NCBI GenBank assembly: GCA_046861395.1
Contig: JBHHUC010000002.1
Span: forward strand, 1-64,000
DNA: 64,000 bases
Direction of reading: 5' to 3'
Origin: Fidelibacterota bacterium
Lineage (GTDB): Bacteria; Fidelibacterota; Marinisomatia; Marinisomatales; JABMOV01
Positions 29,768 through 39,071 of this stretch are shown here, in pieces (the stretch's first letter is position 1; each line of letters opens with the position of its first letter). Below the pieces are notes generated by a model, which did not search any database, had not been told where the DNA came from, and saw only the letters and a list, made by a program, of their open reading frames with translations. The position numbers and the translations under genes are program-made.

Positions 29768-30824
29768 GGCCTTCCTTGTCCATGGTTTGTACCGTAATGG
29801 ATTTTATTCTGATAACTCCGGTGCCGTTCATATATATACCCACCGGTCCGGGTGGCAGATCACCGGCGTGGCTGTGCAGAACCAATTTATCATTTACATG
29901 GAAGCGAAAATGGCGTTTCATACCAATGACCGATAATTTTGCCGGACCGGCCAAAACATATTCGCCACTGGTTTCTATATTCGGTGTTCCGTCTTCCATC
30001 CGACCCATTTCAGCCACCTGAGGTGTCAGGGATAAAAAGTCATAATTTTTCATATTGTTGAAATGATGCAGAATCTGGAAATTTCCGTCGAAGCCGGATA
30101 AATCGACGGTGACATCGATCTGAACGGCGGCCAAAGTATCCCCCATGACGAACAACACGGGTTTCTCCTTCGGATAAAAAGCCAAATGTGTCCCCAGTTC
30201 CGGCTTTGATTCGACGGCCAGAGAAATATCGTCCGGCGATCCGACCTGCCACTGTACCTGATCCACCCAATCATCAGATTCGTTTTCCCCCGGTGTCCAG
30301 GTCCAGTTTCCTTCCTGTGACAGGTTGAAGTAGTGTTCTGTTTCTTCTTGTACAACGCTTTCACTGGATTCAATCCCCGCAACCGCCAGACCGTATTGAT
30401 AGACCAATCGTCCCCCGTGATCGGCGGTGGCAGCCAGAAGCCCGGCGCCCAGCAAACCGGTAACCAGGAGAAGTCCGTCTCCCTTTTTTCCCTGCCAGGT
30501 CTGTCGATACCAATAGAGCAGATACAGAATACCGTAGGCCAGGAAGAATAATAATGTCCACAGGGCCAGGTCGGAATGTTCAATTACGGCTTCATTGGCC
30601 AGGAATGGTATCTGGACCGAATCGACGGCAATTCTTCCGGAAAACCAGGTCACCACCAGGCTCAGGATGCCGATACCCAGAATGATACCGTTTACGGTAC
30701 GCCAATACGATTCCTTCAGAAACAGGGCCACGCCTTGCAGCAACAAGGCCAATAAGAGGATCCCTACAGGGAAGTGTACAATCAGCGGATGCAGGTTGGG
30801 CATCCAGGTTGGTAAAAAATTCAT
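29757..30824 (-). CDS. DUF2231-like membrane protein with C-terminal soluble beta-sandwich domain
   Basis: HPLIVHFP, EH, ADHGGRLVYQYG. Confidence 0.78.
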   Translation of the reverse strand: MNFLPTWMPNLHPLIVHFPVGILLLALLLQGVALFLKESYWRTVNGIILGIGILSLVVTWFSGRIAVDSVQIPFLANEAVIEHSDLALWTLLFFLAYGILYLLYWYRQTWQGKKGDGLLLVTGLLGAGLLAATADHGGRLVYQYGLAVAGIESSESVVQEETEHYFNLSQEGNWTWTPGENESDDWVDQVQWQVGSPDDISLAVESKPELGTHLAFYPKEKPVLFVMGDTLAAVQIDVTVDLSGFDGNFQILHHFNNMKNYDFLSLTPQVAEMGRMEDGTPNIETSGEYVLAGPAKLSVIGMKRHFRFHVNDKLVLHSHAGDLPPGPVGIYMNGTGVIRIKSITVQTMDKEGHDD

Positions 30825-31118
30825 TTCTCACTCCTTTTCTTCATTAAACACAGGGTGTCTGTCGATCTTACACGCATTCTCCCACCATGATTGCATTAAA
30901 CGATCATCGCTGTTTCTCTCTATTGGAGAAACCGGTTATAAACCCACTCCTCCGGTATCCGACGGGAAAAAGGGTTAATTTCCCCTATAATCCGACGAAA
31001 TTCGGAAAAATATACCGGCTGTTTTACCGGAGGTATGGTCCGGGGCGTTTACACCCTGAACTGCCGCAGGCAGGAGTCAAAAGAATTATTCCAATTACAC
31101 CGGCCGGGGATCAGCAAA

Positions 31119-31586
31119 TCAGTTTTTCTCCAGCGCTGCCGGAATCATCTCCATCCCGCACTCTGAACATTTGCCCGGTTCATTGCTGCGGGTATTGGAA
31201 TGGGACGCCATGGGACAGACGTAAAATTCCGCTTTTTCCGCAGTTGCTTTCTTGACGGCAACCAACGCCATCCCGCATTCCGAACATTTACCCGGTTCAT
31301 CGCTATGAATATTTTTATGCGATTCCATGGGACAGGTATAATACAGGGCTTCGCTGTCGGATTCCATCATAGCCATTCCTTTCTTATGTTTCATGTTTTC
31401 CATCATTTTATCATGATCCATGTTCTTCATCATTTTGCCATCCATCTTGTGTTCTTTCTGGCCTTTTTCCATTTTTTGCATCATGGTTTTATCCATGGTA
31501 TGATCATCCTGATCTTTGTCTTTCTGTTGACCGGAAACCAGTCCAATCGACATGATCAGCATGACCGGTATGAGTATTCTACGCAT
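31119..31586 (-). CDS. Exported Met/His-rich protein with two heavy-metal-binding domains
   Basis: Signal peptide; Met/Lys/His tract; YTCPMESH...PGKCSECGM and YVCPMASH...PGKCSECGM. Confidence 0.85.
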   Translation of the reverse strand: MRRILIPVMLIMSIGLVSGQQKDKDQDDHTMDKTMMQKMEKGQKEHKMDGKMMKNMDHDKMMENMKHKKGMAMMESDSEALYYTCPMESHKNIHSDEPGKCSECGMALVAVKKATAEKAEFYVCPMASHSNTRSNEPGKCSECGMEMIPAALEKN

Positions 31587-31619
31587 TGTGACTCCTTGTG
31601 TGTTGTGAAATTGTTTGTC

Positions 31620-32006
31620 TTACAAGCCCTGAATGATGGATTGCAATTTATCCCTGATTTCTCCGGCAATCCCTGCCAGTCCGGGGTTCTGAATGGACTG
31701 CATGGATGCCAGGGGATCCACCGCAGCGATTTCGACTTCACCGGGTGCTTGTTCCATGACAACCACATTGCAGGGCAGCATGGTTCCTACTTTCTCTTCC
31801 GCCTGTAGCGCCTTATAGGCATAGGGCGGATTACATGCCCCCAGAATGACATAGGGTTTGAAATCCACATCCAGTTTCTTCTTCAGCGTTGCCTGCACAT
31901 CAATCTGGGTAAGGATTCCGAATCCTTCCTCTGCCAGGGCAGCGGTCACCTGATCGATGGCTTCGGCAAAATAAGCCTGGATTGTTTTACTAAAATAATA
32001 GCTCAT
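31620..32006 (-). CDS. DUF302 domain protein
   Basis: GFGILTQIDV, YVILGACNP, GTMLPCNVVV; start ATG 32006. Confidence 0.88.
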   Translation of the reverse strand: MSYYFSKTIQAYFAEAIDQVTAALAEEGFGILTQIDVQATLKKKLDVDFKPYVILGACNPPYAYKALQAEEKVGTMLPCNVVVMEQAPGEVEIAAVDPLASMQSIQNPGLAGIAGEIRDKLQSIIQGL

Positions 32007-32052
32007 GGTCTTTTCTTTCTTGGTTGAGCGTCCCGATTTTTCATTTCCTTCA

Positions 32053-32457
32053 TTATTTCCGGGAAAAACGCGCATTATACTGCGCCATGGTGGCCGGGGA
32101 CTCAAAGTAGCGGATCAAGCCGTCCTTTTGGGCCCCGATGACAGCAACAGCCTTATCGACGGTCGCGCCGGTTACCGGGTCTTTCGCCACCCGCAGACCG
32201 GCATCTTCCAGTAAGCGTGACTGGCAGCCCTTGCAACAGCCGTAATAGGTTTTATCTCCCACCACAGCCGGAAGCAATTCCTTATCAAATAACCGGTCTT
32301 CACCCATGCCCATGCAGACATATTTCGCTGCTGCCGGTGTGACGGGTCCCGGTTCTGAAACGGAGGGCGTCATGTCGTGCTTCATTTGCGCCGGCAGAAA
32401 TGTAATCATCAGGAAGATCACTGTCAGTAAAAACCGACTCGTACTGTATTTCATCAT
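32053..32457 (-). CDS. Exported TRASH/YHS-like metal-binding protein
   Basis: VCMGM, GDKTYYGCCKGC, DPVTG. Confidence 0.75.
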   Translation of the reverse strand: MMKYSTSRFLLTVIFLMITFLPAQMKHDMTPSVSEPGPVTPAAAKYVCMGMGEDRLFDKELLPAVVGDKTYYGCCKGCQSRLLEDAGLRVAKDPVTGATVDKAVAVIGAQKDGLIRYFESPATMAQYNARFSRK

Positions 32458-32488
32458 TGTGTCCTGTCTTATGAGAATTAAGTCACCG

Positions 32489-32944
32489 TTATTGGTCTGT
32501 GGGAGAGTCGCCCATCATACCACCGTTATCCCCCATCATGCCGTCATGATTCATCATTTTACCCTTATGTTCCATTTTTCCTTTCATCATGCCGCCTTTT
32601 TTATCCATCATGGGACAATTGTCGCCATCTTTTCCGTGCATGCCACCGGCCTTCATACCACAACCGGCGCCCATTCCCATCATCGGTCCGCCGTGCATGG
32701 AACCCATCATGGCGTCCATCATCGGAGCCCGGGACTGAAAACGACCGTCTTCCCAATTCCTTACGGCGTAGTAGCTGGTGCAAAGCAGGGCAAAGAAGGC
32801 TAATATCAGGATAAAATATCCCAGGACTCTACCCAGTCCCCGATAAGAACCCGTTTCATCTTTCTGGGCTTTCAGTAAAACAAAAAACCCAACTCCAAGT
32901 GCGATTAATTCCAGCGCAAAGGCTGTATCTGCGAGAAACAACAT
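32489..32944 (-). CDS. Two-TM membrane protein with Met/Gly-rich tail
   Basis: Two hydrophobic helices followed by MMDAMMGSMHGGPMMGM...CPMM...MMNHDGMM. Confidence 0.75.
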   Translation of the reverse strand: MLFLADTAFALELIALGVGFFVLLKAQKDETGSYRGLGRVLGYFILILAFFALLCTSYYAVRNWEDGRFQSRAPMMDAMMGSMHGGPMMGMGAGCGMKAGGMHGKDGDNCPMMDKKGGMMKGKMEHKGKMMNHDGMMGDNGGMMGDSPTDQ

Positions 32945-32962
32945 TGTGTTCTCCTTTCCTGT

Positions 32963-33805
32963 TTATTCCGTAACAAAGGCGATGAAAACACCACCGTTAA
33001 CCTGGTCACCCATGGATATCATCTCTGACATCATGGTCTGATGGCCATCCTGCATCGTTTCCATGCCATCCATGAGACACAACGTATACATCGTTGAATC
33101 CATTAACATGGAATCGGGATCAAATACCATGGTCATATCGGTTTCGTTCCAGGTATAACTGCCATCCAGGCCCGACATCATACCCATCATGGGCATTTCC
33201 GTCAATTCACCCTGATGTAACTCAATCCGGCTTTCCACCGAATTATGATTTATGGGAACCGAGAACCGAATCTCCACGGTTGTCATGGGATTGATCCCCG
33301 TACTTCCGGCTGCCGGAGTGACCGACAGAATCCGGGGTGAGGTACGGGCAGCGGTAGTGAAAAAGGAAATAATACCTTCTTCGACTTCCATGCCATGATC
33401 CTGCATTCCCGACATCATCATTCCTTCGCCGTGATCACTGTCCATCATCATTCCCGATTGGAGACAAACCGAATACTGGGTGGAATCCATCAGCGTATCC
33501 GGATGAAAGGTCATGACCGTCCGCTCACCGTTCCAGCTGAACTGTCCTGCCATCCGACCCATCATACTCTCCGGGATCGTACTCAACTGTCCCGCAAATA
33601 TTCCAAATCGCGATTCACAGGATCCGGTATCCATGGGATCGCTGAACGTCACTTCAACCGCCGTTGTCCGGGCCACTTCGGTGGCACCATCCGGGGGTGA
33701 AATACTGACAATTTCCGGGGCGTCCCCGTTATTATTGTTACAACCCGTCGCCAGCCATAGAAGGGCTATGATTCCGAGCAGGATACTTAATTTTCTTTTC
33801 ATCAA
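32963..33805 (-). CDS. Lipoprotein with two Ig-like (Big_5/SbsA-type) domains carrying Met-rich loops
   Basis: Lipobox LATGC; repeats PEIVSISPPDGAT..VTFSDPM and PRILSVTPAAGST..IRFSVPI; MMMDSDHGEGMMMSGM. Confidence 0.78.
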   Translation of the reverse strand: MMKRKLSILLGIIALLWLATGCNNNNGDAPEIVSISPPDGATEVARTTAVEVTFSDPMDTGSCESRFGIFAGQLSTIPESMMGRMAGQFSWNGERTVMTFHPDTLMDSTQYSVCLQSGMMMDSDHGEGMMMSGMQDHGMEVEEGIISFFTTAARTSPRILSVTPAAGSTGINPMTTVEIRFSVPINHNSVESRIELHQGELTEMPMMGMMSGLDGSYTWNETDMTMVFDPDSMLMDSTMYTLCLMDGMETMQDGHQTMMSEMISMGDQVNGGVFIAFVTE

Positions 33806-33820
33806 ATTTTTCCTTTTCTA

Positions 33821-34189
33821 TTAATTAATGGCATGACCGTACATGTTTTTAACCAGCTCCACGACGTAGGCCATGGTTGACCCGCTGCGCAGATTCGACT
33901 CAATGAATTTTTTGGTCGAAATGGCCGTCGGACAGGTACAGGCATTCAGATTTTCTTCGTCACATGAGCCACAGGAACATTTAAACTGTTCGGCGATGGC
34001 CACCGTCTGCGGACTGAAAACGACCGGCAAGGCTTGTGCTTTCTCCTGCATCGGTGTGTGCTGAGTGTTTTGAACAATGCTGCCGATCCAGATTCCCACG
34101 GCCAGGAGGATTGCGCTTACGGCCGCATATCCGGCCACACTTTCCGTGCGTTGTTTTGCCCCCTTCTTTGGCTTGGTTTTTCTGGCCAT
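33821..34189 (-). CDS. Single-TM Cys-rich protein, distantly CcmH-like
   Basis: Basic N-terminus, TM helix, FKCSCGSC-x7-CTC, C-terminal VKNMYG. Confidence 0.6.
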   Translation of the reverse strand: MARKTKPKKGAKQRTESVAGYAAVSAILLAVGIWIGSIVQNTQHTPMQEKAQALPVVFSPQTVAIAEQFKCSCGSCDEENLNACTCPTAISTKKFIESNLRSGSTMAYVVELVKNMYGHAIN

Positions 34190-34205
34190 GATTGATCTCC
34201 TTTTC

Positions 34206-36695
34206 CTATAGTTTCAGGGTCCGTAACCGCAGGGCATTTCCAATCACTGATACGGAACTGAAACTCATGGCAGCAGCCGCGATGATGGGACTGAGCAACA
34301 ATCCGAAAATGGGATAGAGAGCTCCCGCGGCCAGCGGTACGCCCAGGGCGTTGTAGGCAAAGGCCCAGAACAGGTTCTGGCGGATATTCCGCATGGTACC
34401 GCGACTGAGATACACAGCCCGGACGATGCCATTCAGATCGCCTTTCACCAGGGTGATTCCAGCACTTTCGATGGCGACATCCGTACCGGAGCCCATGGCA
34501 ATTCCAATGTGAGCCTGGGCCAGAGCCGGGGCATCATTGATACCATCGCCCGCCATGGCCACGATTTGGCCCTTCGCCTGTAATTCTTTTACTACTTCAT
34601 TTTTCCGGTCGGGCATGACGTCCGCCACCACATCATCGATACCTAATTGCTGTGCGACGGCTTCAGCCGTAGCGCGATTGTCGCCGGTCAGCATCACCAC
34701 CCGAATTTTTTCCTTCTGCAGGGCCTTGATGGCCTTGGGAGTGGTAGCCTTGATGGGATCGGCAATGCCCATGATGCCGGCCAGTTGCCAGTCCACTGTA
34801 ATGAATATCACCGTTTCGGCCTTTTTCCGCAGGCGATCCGCTTCTTCACCCATGGAACCAACATCGATCCCCAATTCATCCATGTAGCGGCGGTTTCCGA
34901 TATTGACCACCCGACCACTGACGGTTCCGGATATCCCTTTACCGGTCACTGAATCAAATGCTTCGTATTTCACGATGGACAATCCGGTTTCCCGGGCTTT
35001 GGCCACAATGGCTTCACCCAGCGGATGTTCACTGCCCTGTTCCAGACTGGCGGCCAGCTGCAGCAATTCATTCTCCGTGACAACACCGGTGGTCTTGATG
35101 GTTACTACGGCCGGTTTCCCTTCCGTAAGCGTGCCGGTTTTATCCACCACCAAGGTGTTGACCTTTTCCATTATTTCCAGGGCTTCGGCATTTTTAATCA
35201 ATACACCCGCCATGGCCCCGCGACCGGTGCCAACCATGATAGACATGGGCGTTGCCAGGCCTAAAGCACAAGGACATGCGATAATCAGAACGGCCACGGC
35301 ATTAACCAATGCATAGGCCAGACGAGGTTCGGGTCCGACAAACGCCCAAATAATAAATGTAATGATACTGATAATGACCACGGCCGGAACAAAATAGGAC
35401 GATACCTTATCCGCCAGTCCCTGAATGGGAGCCCGGCTGCGTTGCGCCTCACTCACCATCTGGACAATACGGGACAGCAATGTATCACTGCCGATTTTCT
35501 CAGCCCGCATCAGGAATGATCCGGTTCCGTTGACCGTGGCACCGGTAACCTTATCACCGACACCTTTTTGCACCGGCAGGGGTTCTCCCGTCATCATGGA
35601 TTCATCCAGAGTGCTGCTGCCTTCGATAATTTCACCGTCAACGGGGACCTTATCACCGGGACGAACGCGGAGGATGTCACCTTCCTTGACCTGATCCAGA
35701 GGAATATCCTCTTCCGAGCCGTCTTCCCGGACAATCCGGGCCGTTTTCGGCGCCAGACCCAACAAAGCCTTTATGGCACTGCTGGTTTTATCCCGGGCTC
35801 GTAATTCGAGGACCTGTCCCAAGAGGACCAGGGTTACAATGACAGCCGCAGCTTCGTAATACACTTCCACATTTCCATCCGGTCCGCGGAACGCAGCGGG
35901 GAAAATATGGGGGAAGATCGTCGCAATCAGACTGTAGCCATACGCGACACCGGTACCGATTCCGATGAGGGTGAACATATTCAGATTCCAGCTGACAATG
36001 GAACGCCAGCCCCGAACGAAGAAGGGGGCACCGCCCCAGAGAACGACCGGCGTAGCCAGTAACAGTTCAATCCAGGGTTGCCAGCCACCGCCAATTAACG
36101 GCTGATCGGTAAACATGACCGCCATGGTAAGCAGGACCAGCGGCACGGAAAGAATCGTACTGAAAATAAACCGTTTCGTCATATCCTTCAGTTCCGGATT
36201 TCCCTCTTCCTCCGCCGTCACGGTCTTGGCTTCCAGAGCCATACCGCAGAGGGGGCATTCCCCCGGTTCATTTTTTACAATTTCAGGGTGCATGGGACAG
36301 ACATATTCCGTCGAATCTATTCGGGTTGTCACGGGGACAAACGGTTCCAGGGCCATGCCGCATTTCGGGCAGGAACCGGGACCGGGCTGCTGGACATCGG
36401 GATGCATGGGACAGGTGTAAATCTGATCTTTCTTCCCGGCTTGATGATTATGTTTTTTGGCCTGCTTGTCATGTTGCTGGTGAGCATCGTGAGAACCGCC
36501 GCAACAACGGTGATTATGCGCCGTTGCGGATTCATCTTTCTCCGCTTTTTTCGCACTGGTCACATATTGATCGGGGTGAGACACAAAGCTGTCATGACAA
36601 TGGGAAGAGCAAAAATAATATTCTTTTCCTTCGTGCGTTGCCTTGGCGGCAGCAGTGGCAGGGTTTATATCCATATTACATACTGGATCTTTCAT
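34206..36695 (-). CDS. copA: Cu(I)-translocating P1B-type ATPase with YHS and heavy-metal-binding domains
   Basis: DPVC/YFCS YHS, two TCPMHP-type domains, TGEP, CPC, DKTGT, SEHP, GDGIND, YN, MSFSS; SD GAGGAG before ATG 36695. Confidence 0.95.
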   Translation of the reverse strand: MKDPVCNMDINPATAAAKATHEGKEYYFCSSHCHDSFVSHPDQYVTSAKKAEKDESATAHNHRCCGGSHDAHQQHDKQAKKHNHQAGKKDQIYTCPMHPDVQQPGPGSCPKCGMALEPFVPVTTRIDSTEYVCPMHPEIVKNEPGECPLCGMALEAKTVTAEEEGNPELKDMTKRFIFSTILSVPLVLLTMAVMFTDQPLIGGGWQPWIELLLATPVVLWGGAPFFVRGWRSIVSWNLNMFTLIGIGTGVAYGYSLIATIFPHIFPAAFRGPDGNVEVYYEAAAVIVTLVLLGQVLELRARDKTSSAIKALLGLAPKTARIVREDGSEEDIPLDQVKEGDILRVRPGDKVPVDGEIIEGSSTLDESMMTGEPLPVQKGVGDKVTGATVNGTGSFLMRAEKIGSDTLLSRIVQMVSEAQRSRAPIQGLADKVSSYFVPAVVIISIITFIIWAFVGPEPRLAYALVNAVAVLIIACPCALGLATPMSIMVGTGRGAMAGVLIKNAEALEIMEKVNTLVVDKTGTLTEGKPAVVTIKTTGVVTENELLQLAASLEQGSEHPLGEAIVAKARETGLSIVKYEAFDSVTGKGISGTVSGRVVNIGNRRYMDELGIDVGSMGEEADRLRKKAETVIFITVDWQLAGIMGIADPIKATTPKAIKALQKEKIRVVMLTGDNRATAEAVAQQLGIDDVVADVMPDRKNEVVKELQAKGQIVAMAGDGINDAPALAQAHIGIAMGSGTDVAIESAGITLVKGDLNGIVRAVYLSRGTMRNIRQNLFWAFAYNALGVPLAAGALYPIFGLLLSPIIAAAAMSFSSVSVIGNALRLRTLKL

Positions 36696-36815
36696 TTTAA
36701 ATCTCCTCTTGGGTTTCGCTGTAGAAATCATGGGCGAAGATGATAATTCCGCGCCGTAATATTTCTTTGATTATTGCCTGTAAATATTCTTGTTTCATTT
36801 TAATCATTATTTATC

Positions 36816-37427
36816 CTAAAGGTCGATTCCCGAAAATGCCATGAATGACATGGATAGAAGTCCGGTGACCAGCATGGTAATTCCCAGACCGCGTAATCCC
36901 ACCGGTACATTGGAATACCGCATCTTCTGCCGGATCGTCGCCATGGTAATGATCGCCAGAAACCAGCCGAACCCCGAACTGAAACCATACACGGTGGATT
37001 CCATCAGGTTATAATTCCGTTCAATCAGCAGCAGCGATACACCCAGGATGGCACAATTGACGGCGATCAGGGGGAGAAAAATTCCCAGAGCGGAATGAAG
37101 GGCCGGACTGAAACGATCCAGCACCATTTCCAGTAATTGGACGGTGGCGGCAATGACGGCAATGAACACAATGTAGGACAGATAGCTCAGATCGATATCC
37201 GGGAAGCCTAACCAGGCCATGGCCCCGTCATTCAGAAAATAATAGTTAATCGCCCAGTTCATCGGTGCGGTTATGGTCAGGACAAAGGTTACTGCCAGCC
37301 CCAATCCGATGGACGGTTCCACTTTCCGGGAAATGGCCAGAAAAGGACAAATCCCCAGATAAAAGGCCAGAATAATGTTTTCGGTAAAAATGGAGCGCAG
37401 GGCAAGGCTGAGATAATGTTCCATCAT
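36816..37427 (-). CDS. nqrE: NqrE homologue (Na+-NQR subunit E-like), no other nqr genes except nqrD nearby
   Basis: YLGICPFLA, GAMAWLGFPDIDLSYL, VQLLEM, LGIFLPLIAVNCAILG, VPVGLRGLGIT. Confidence 0.9.
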   Translation of the reverse strand: MMEHYLSLALRSIFTENIILAFYLGICPFLAISRKVEPSIGLGLAVTFVLTITAPMNWAINYYFLNDGAMAWLGFPDIDLSYLSYIVFIAVIAATVQLLEMVLDRFSPALHSALGIFLPLIAVNCAILGVSLLLIERNYNLMESTVYGFSSGFGWFLAIITMATIRQKMRYSNVPVGLRGLGITMLVTGLLSMSFMAFSGIDL

Positions 37428-38077
37428 GATCCGTGTCCTCCATGGCCCTCAGCCGGCAGATTCTTTTGTAAATCGGGTAAAAGGGCGTTCTGCAACCAAA
37501 CCAATAATCCCAGAATGATGAATGCTCCCGGAGCCAGAATCATCAACAGAGTATTCTGATAGCCGGCGGCATAAAAGGATTCGGGAATGATGGTCCATCC
37601 GAACAATGACCCGAAGCCAAGCAATTCCCGGAAAAAGGCCACGGAAACCAGTGCGATGCCATATCCTACCGCATTCCCCAGACCATCCAGAAAGGCTTTC
37701 CCGGGAGAATTATGTATGCTGAATCCTTCGGTTCGTCCCAGGACAATGCAATTGGTAATGATCAGGGCCACAAAGACCGACAACTGTTTGCTGATGGAAT
37801 ACAGGTAGGCTTTTAACACCTGATCGGTAATAATCACCAGTGAAGCAATGATCACCAGTTGAACGATGATTCTGACGCGGGATGGAATCAGGTGGCGCAG
37901 CAGTGAAACAAAGGTACTGGATAAGGATAATACGAAGATCACGGCTGCCGTCATTACAATGGCTGTTTCCAGCTTTACGGTCACCGCCAACGCCGAACAA
38001 AATCCCAGCACCAGATAGGTGATCGGATTTCGTTCAATCAATGGATCGGTAAAGATTTTCATGGTTTTGGATGCCAC
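37424..38077 (-). CDS. nqrD: NqrD homologue (Na+-NQR subunit D-like) with His/Gly tail
   Basis: NPI..VLGFCSALAVT, IPSRVRII, DQVLKAY..SKQLSVFV, IITNCIVLGR, DGLGN; GTG start with GGAGG SD. Confidence 0.9.
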   Translation of the reverse strand: MASKTMKIFTDPLIERNPITYLVLGFCSALAVTVKLETAIVMTAAVIFVLSLSSTFVSLLRHLIPSRVRIIVQLVIIASLVIITDQVLKAYLYSISKQLSVFVALIITNCIVLGRTEGFSIHNSPGKAFLDGLGNAVGYGIALVSVAFFRELLGFGSLFGWTIIPESFYAAGYQNTLLMILAPGAFIILGLLVWLQNALLPDLQKNLPAEGHGGHGS

Positions 38078-38134
38078 GGTATTACCTCCGATTAGGGATT
38101 GGTTTGCAATGATTGTGGCATGGCAGAAGGCATA

Positions 38135-38713
38135 TCAACGGTCCTTGATTTGATCCAGGCTGATCCGTTGATCTTTTTTCAACGATTTAAAGTGACGGGG
38201 CGTTAACCCCGTCACTTTCTTGAACTGGCTTGATAAATACTGTACCGAACTGTAACCAAGGAGGTCGGCTATTTCCGTTAATGTTAATTCATCATACACC
38301 AGTAGTTCTTTGGCTTTTTCAACTTTCTGCAGGATGTAGTATTTTTCGATTGTCATACTTTCCACCGCTGAAAAGAGCTGAGTCAGATAATGGTAATCCT
38401 GACCCATCTTTTCGGCGATATAATCAGAAACATTGATATTGAGCCGGGCCACCTCACCGCTTTGAATCAAATCGATGATGATGGTTTTAATATTTTCAAT
38501 CAATTGCGCCCGCGTATCGATCAGCAATTCAAATCCGTTGTTTTCCAGGACCTTTTCCAGGTCGGAAACGTCGGTAATGATTTCTGCATTGGACACAATG
38601 ACCCGACCCAACCGGATATCCAGGATATGCAATCCCAGTTTTTCCAGTTCTTCCTTTACGACTTTGATACACCGGTCGCAGACCATGTTTTTGATATAGA
38701 TCGTATTTCGCAT
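38135..38713 (-). CDS. AraC-family regulator with N-terminal HMA-like metal-binding motif
   Basis: IKNMVCDRC; TIEKYYILQKVEKAKELL; LGYSSVQYLSSQFKKVTGLTP; start ATG 38713. Confidence 0.9.
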   Translation of the reverse strand: MRNTIYIKNMVCDRCIKVVKEELEKLGLHILDIRLGRVIVSNAEIITDVSDLEKVLENNGFELLIDTRAQLIENIKTIIIDLIQSGEVARLNINVSDYIAEKMGQDYHYLTQLFSAVESMTIEKYYILQKVEKAKELLVYDELTLTEIADLLGYSSVQYLSSQFKKVTGLTPRHFKSLKKDQRISLDQIKDR

Positions 38714-38726
38714 GATGATCTCCGGT

Positions 38727-39071
38727 TCAGGCCAGAGCTTCGGCCCCGGTTTTTCCCGATCGGATTTTGACAACCTGTTCCACAGGAGAGGCCAGAATCA
38801 ATCCGTCCCCGGATTCCCCGGAATAGGCCGCTTTTCGGATGATGGCAATAATCTGACCGGCGTCCTCATCACTGCTGATGATTTCCAGTTTGGCAATGGT
38901 GGAATAACGTTCGATGCATTCAATGGAATACTTGTAATGATGTTTATCCACCATTCCGCGGCCCAGTGCCATCACATCGATAACCGTCATGTTATGGAAC
39001 CCTTTATCCTTCAATGCCAGGATCACTTCATCCACTTTGGTACAACGGACATAGGCTTTTATTTCTTTCAT
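38727..39071 (-). CDS. PII-family protein coupled to cusA
   Basis: MKEIKAYVR, KLEI, SGESGDG, KIRSG; ATGA overlap with the cusA stop. Confidence 0.88.
   Translation of the reverse strand: MKEIKAYVRCTKVDEVILALKDKGFHNMTVIDVMALGRGMVDKHHYKYSIECIERYSTIAKLEIISSDEDAGQIIAIIRKAAYSGESGDGLILASPVEQVVKIRSGKTGAEALA

Noticed and set aside
36816..38077. Complete Na+-NQR or Rnf operon, or a decayed remnant of one
   Set aside because: The flanking gaps are short and bounded by AraC and copA, no fragments of other subunits are visible, and both ORFs are intact.
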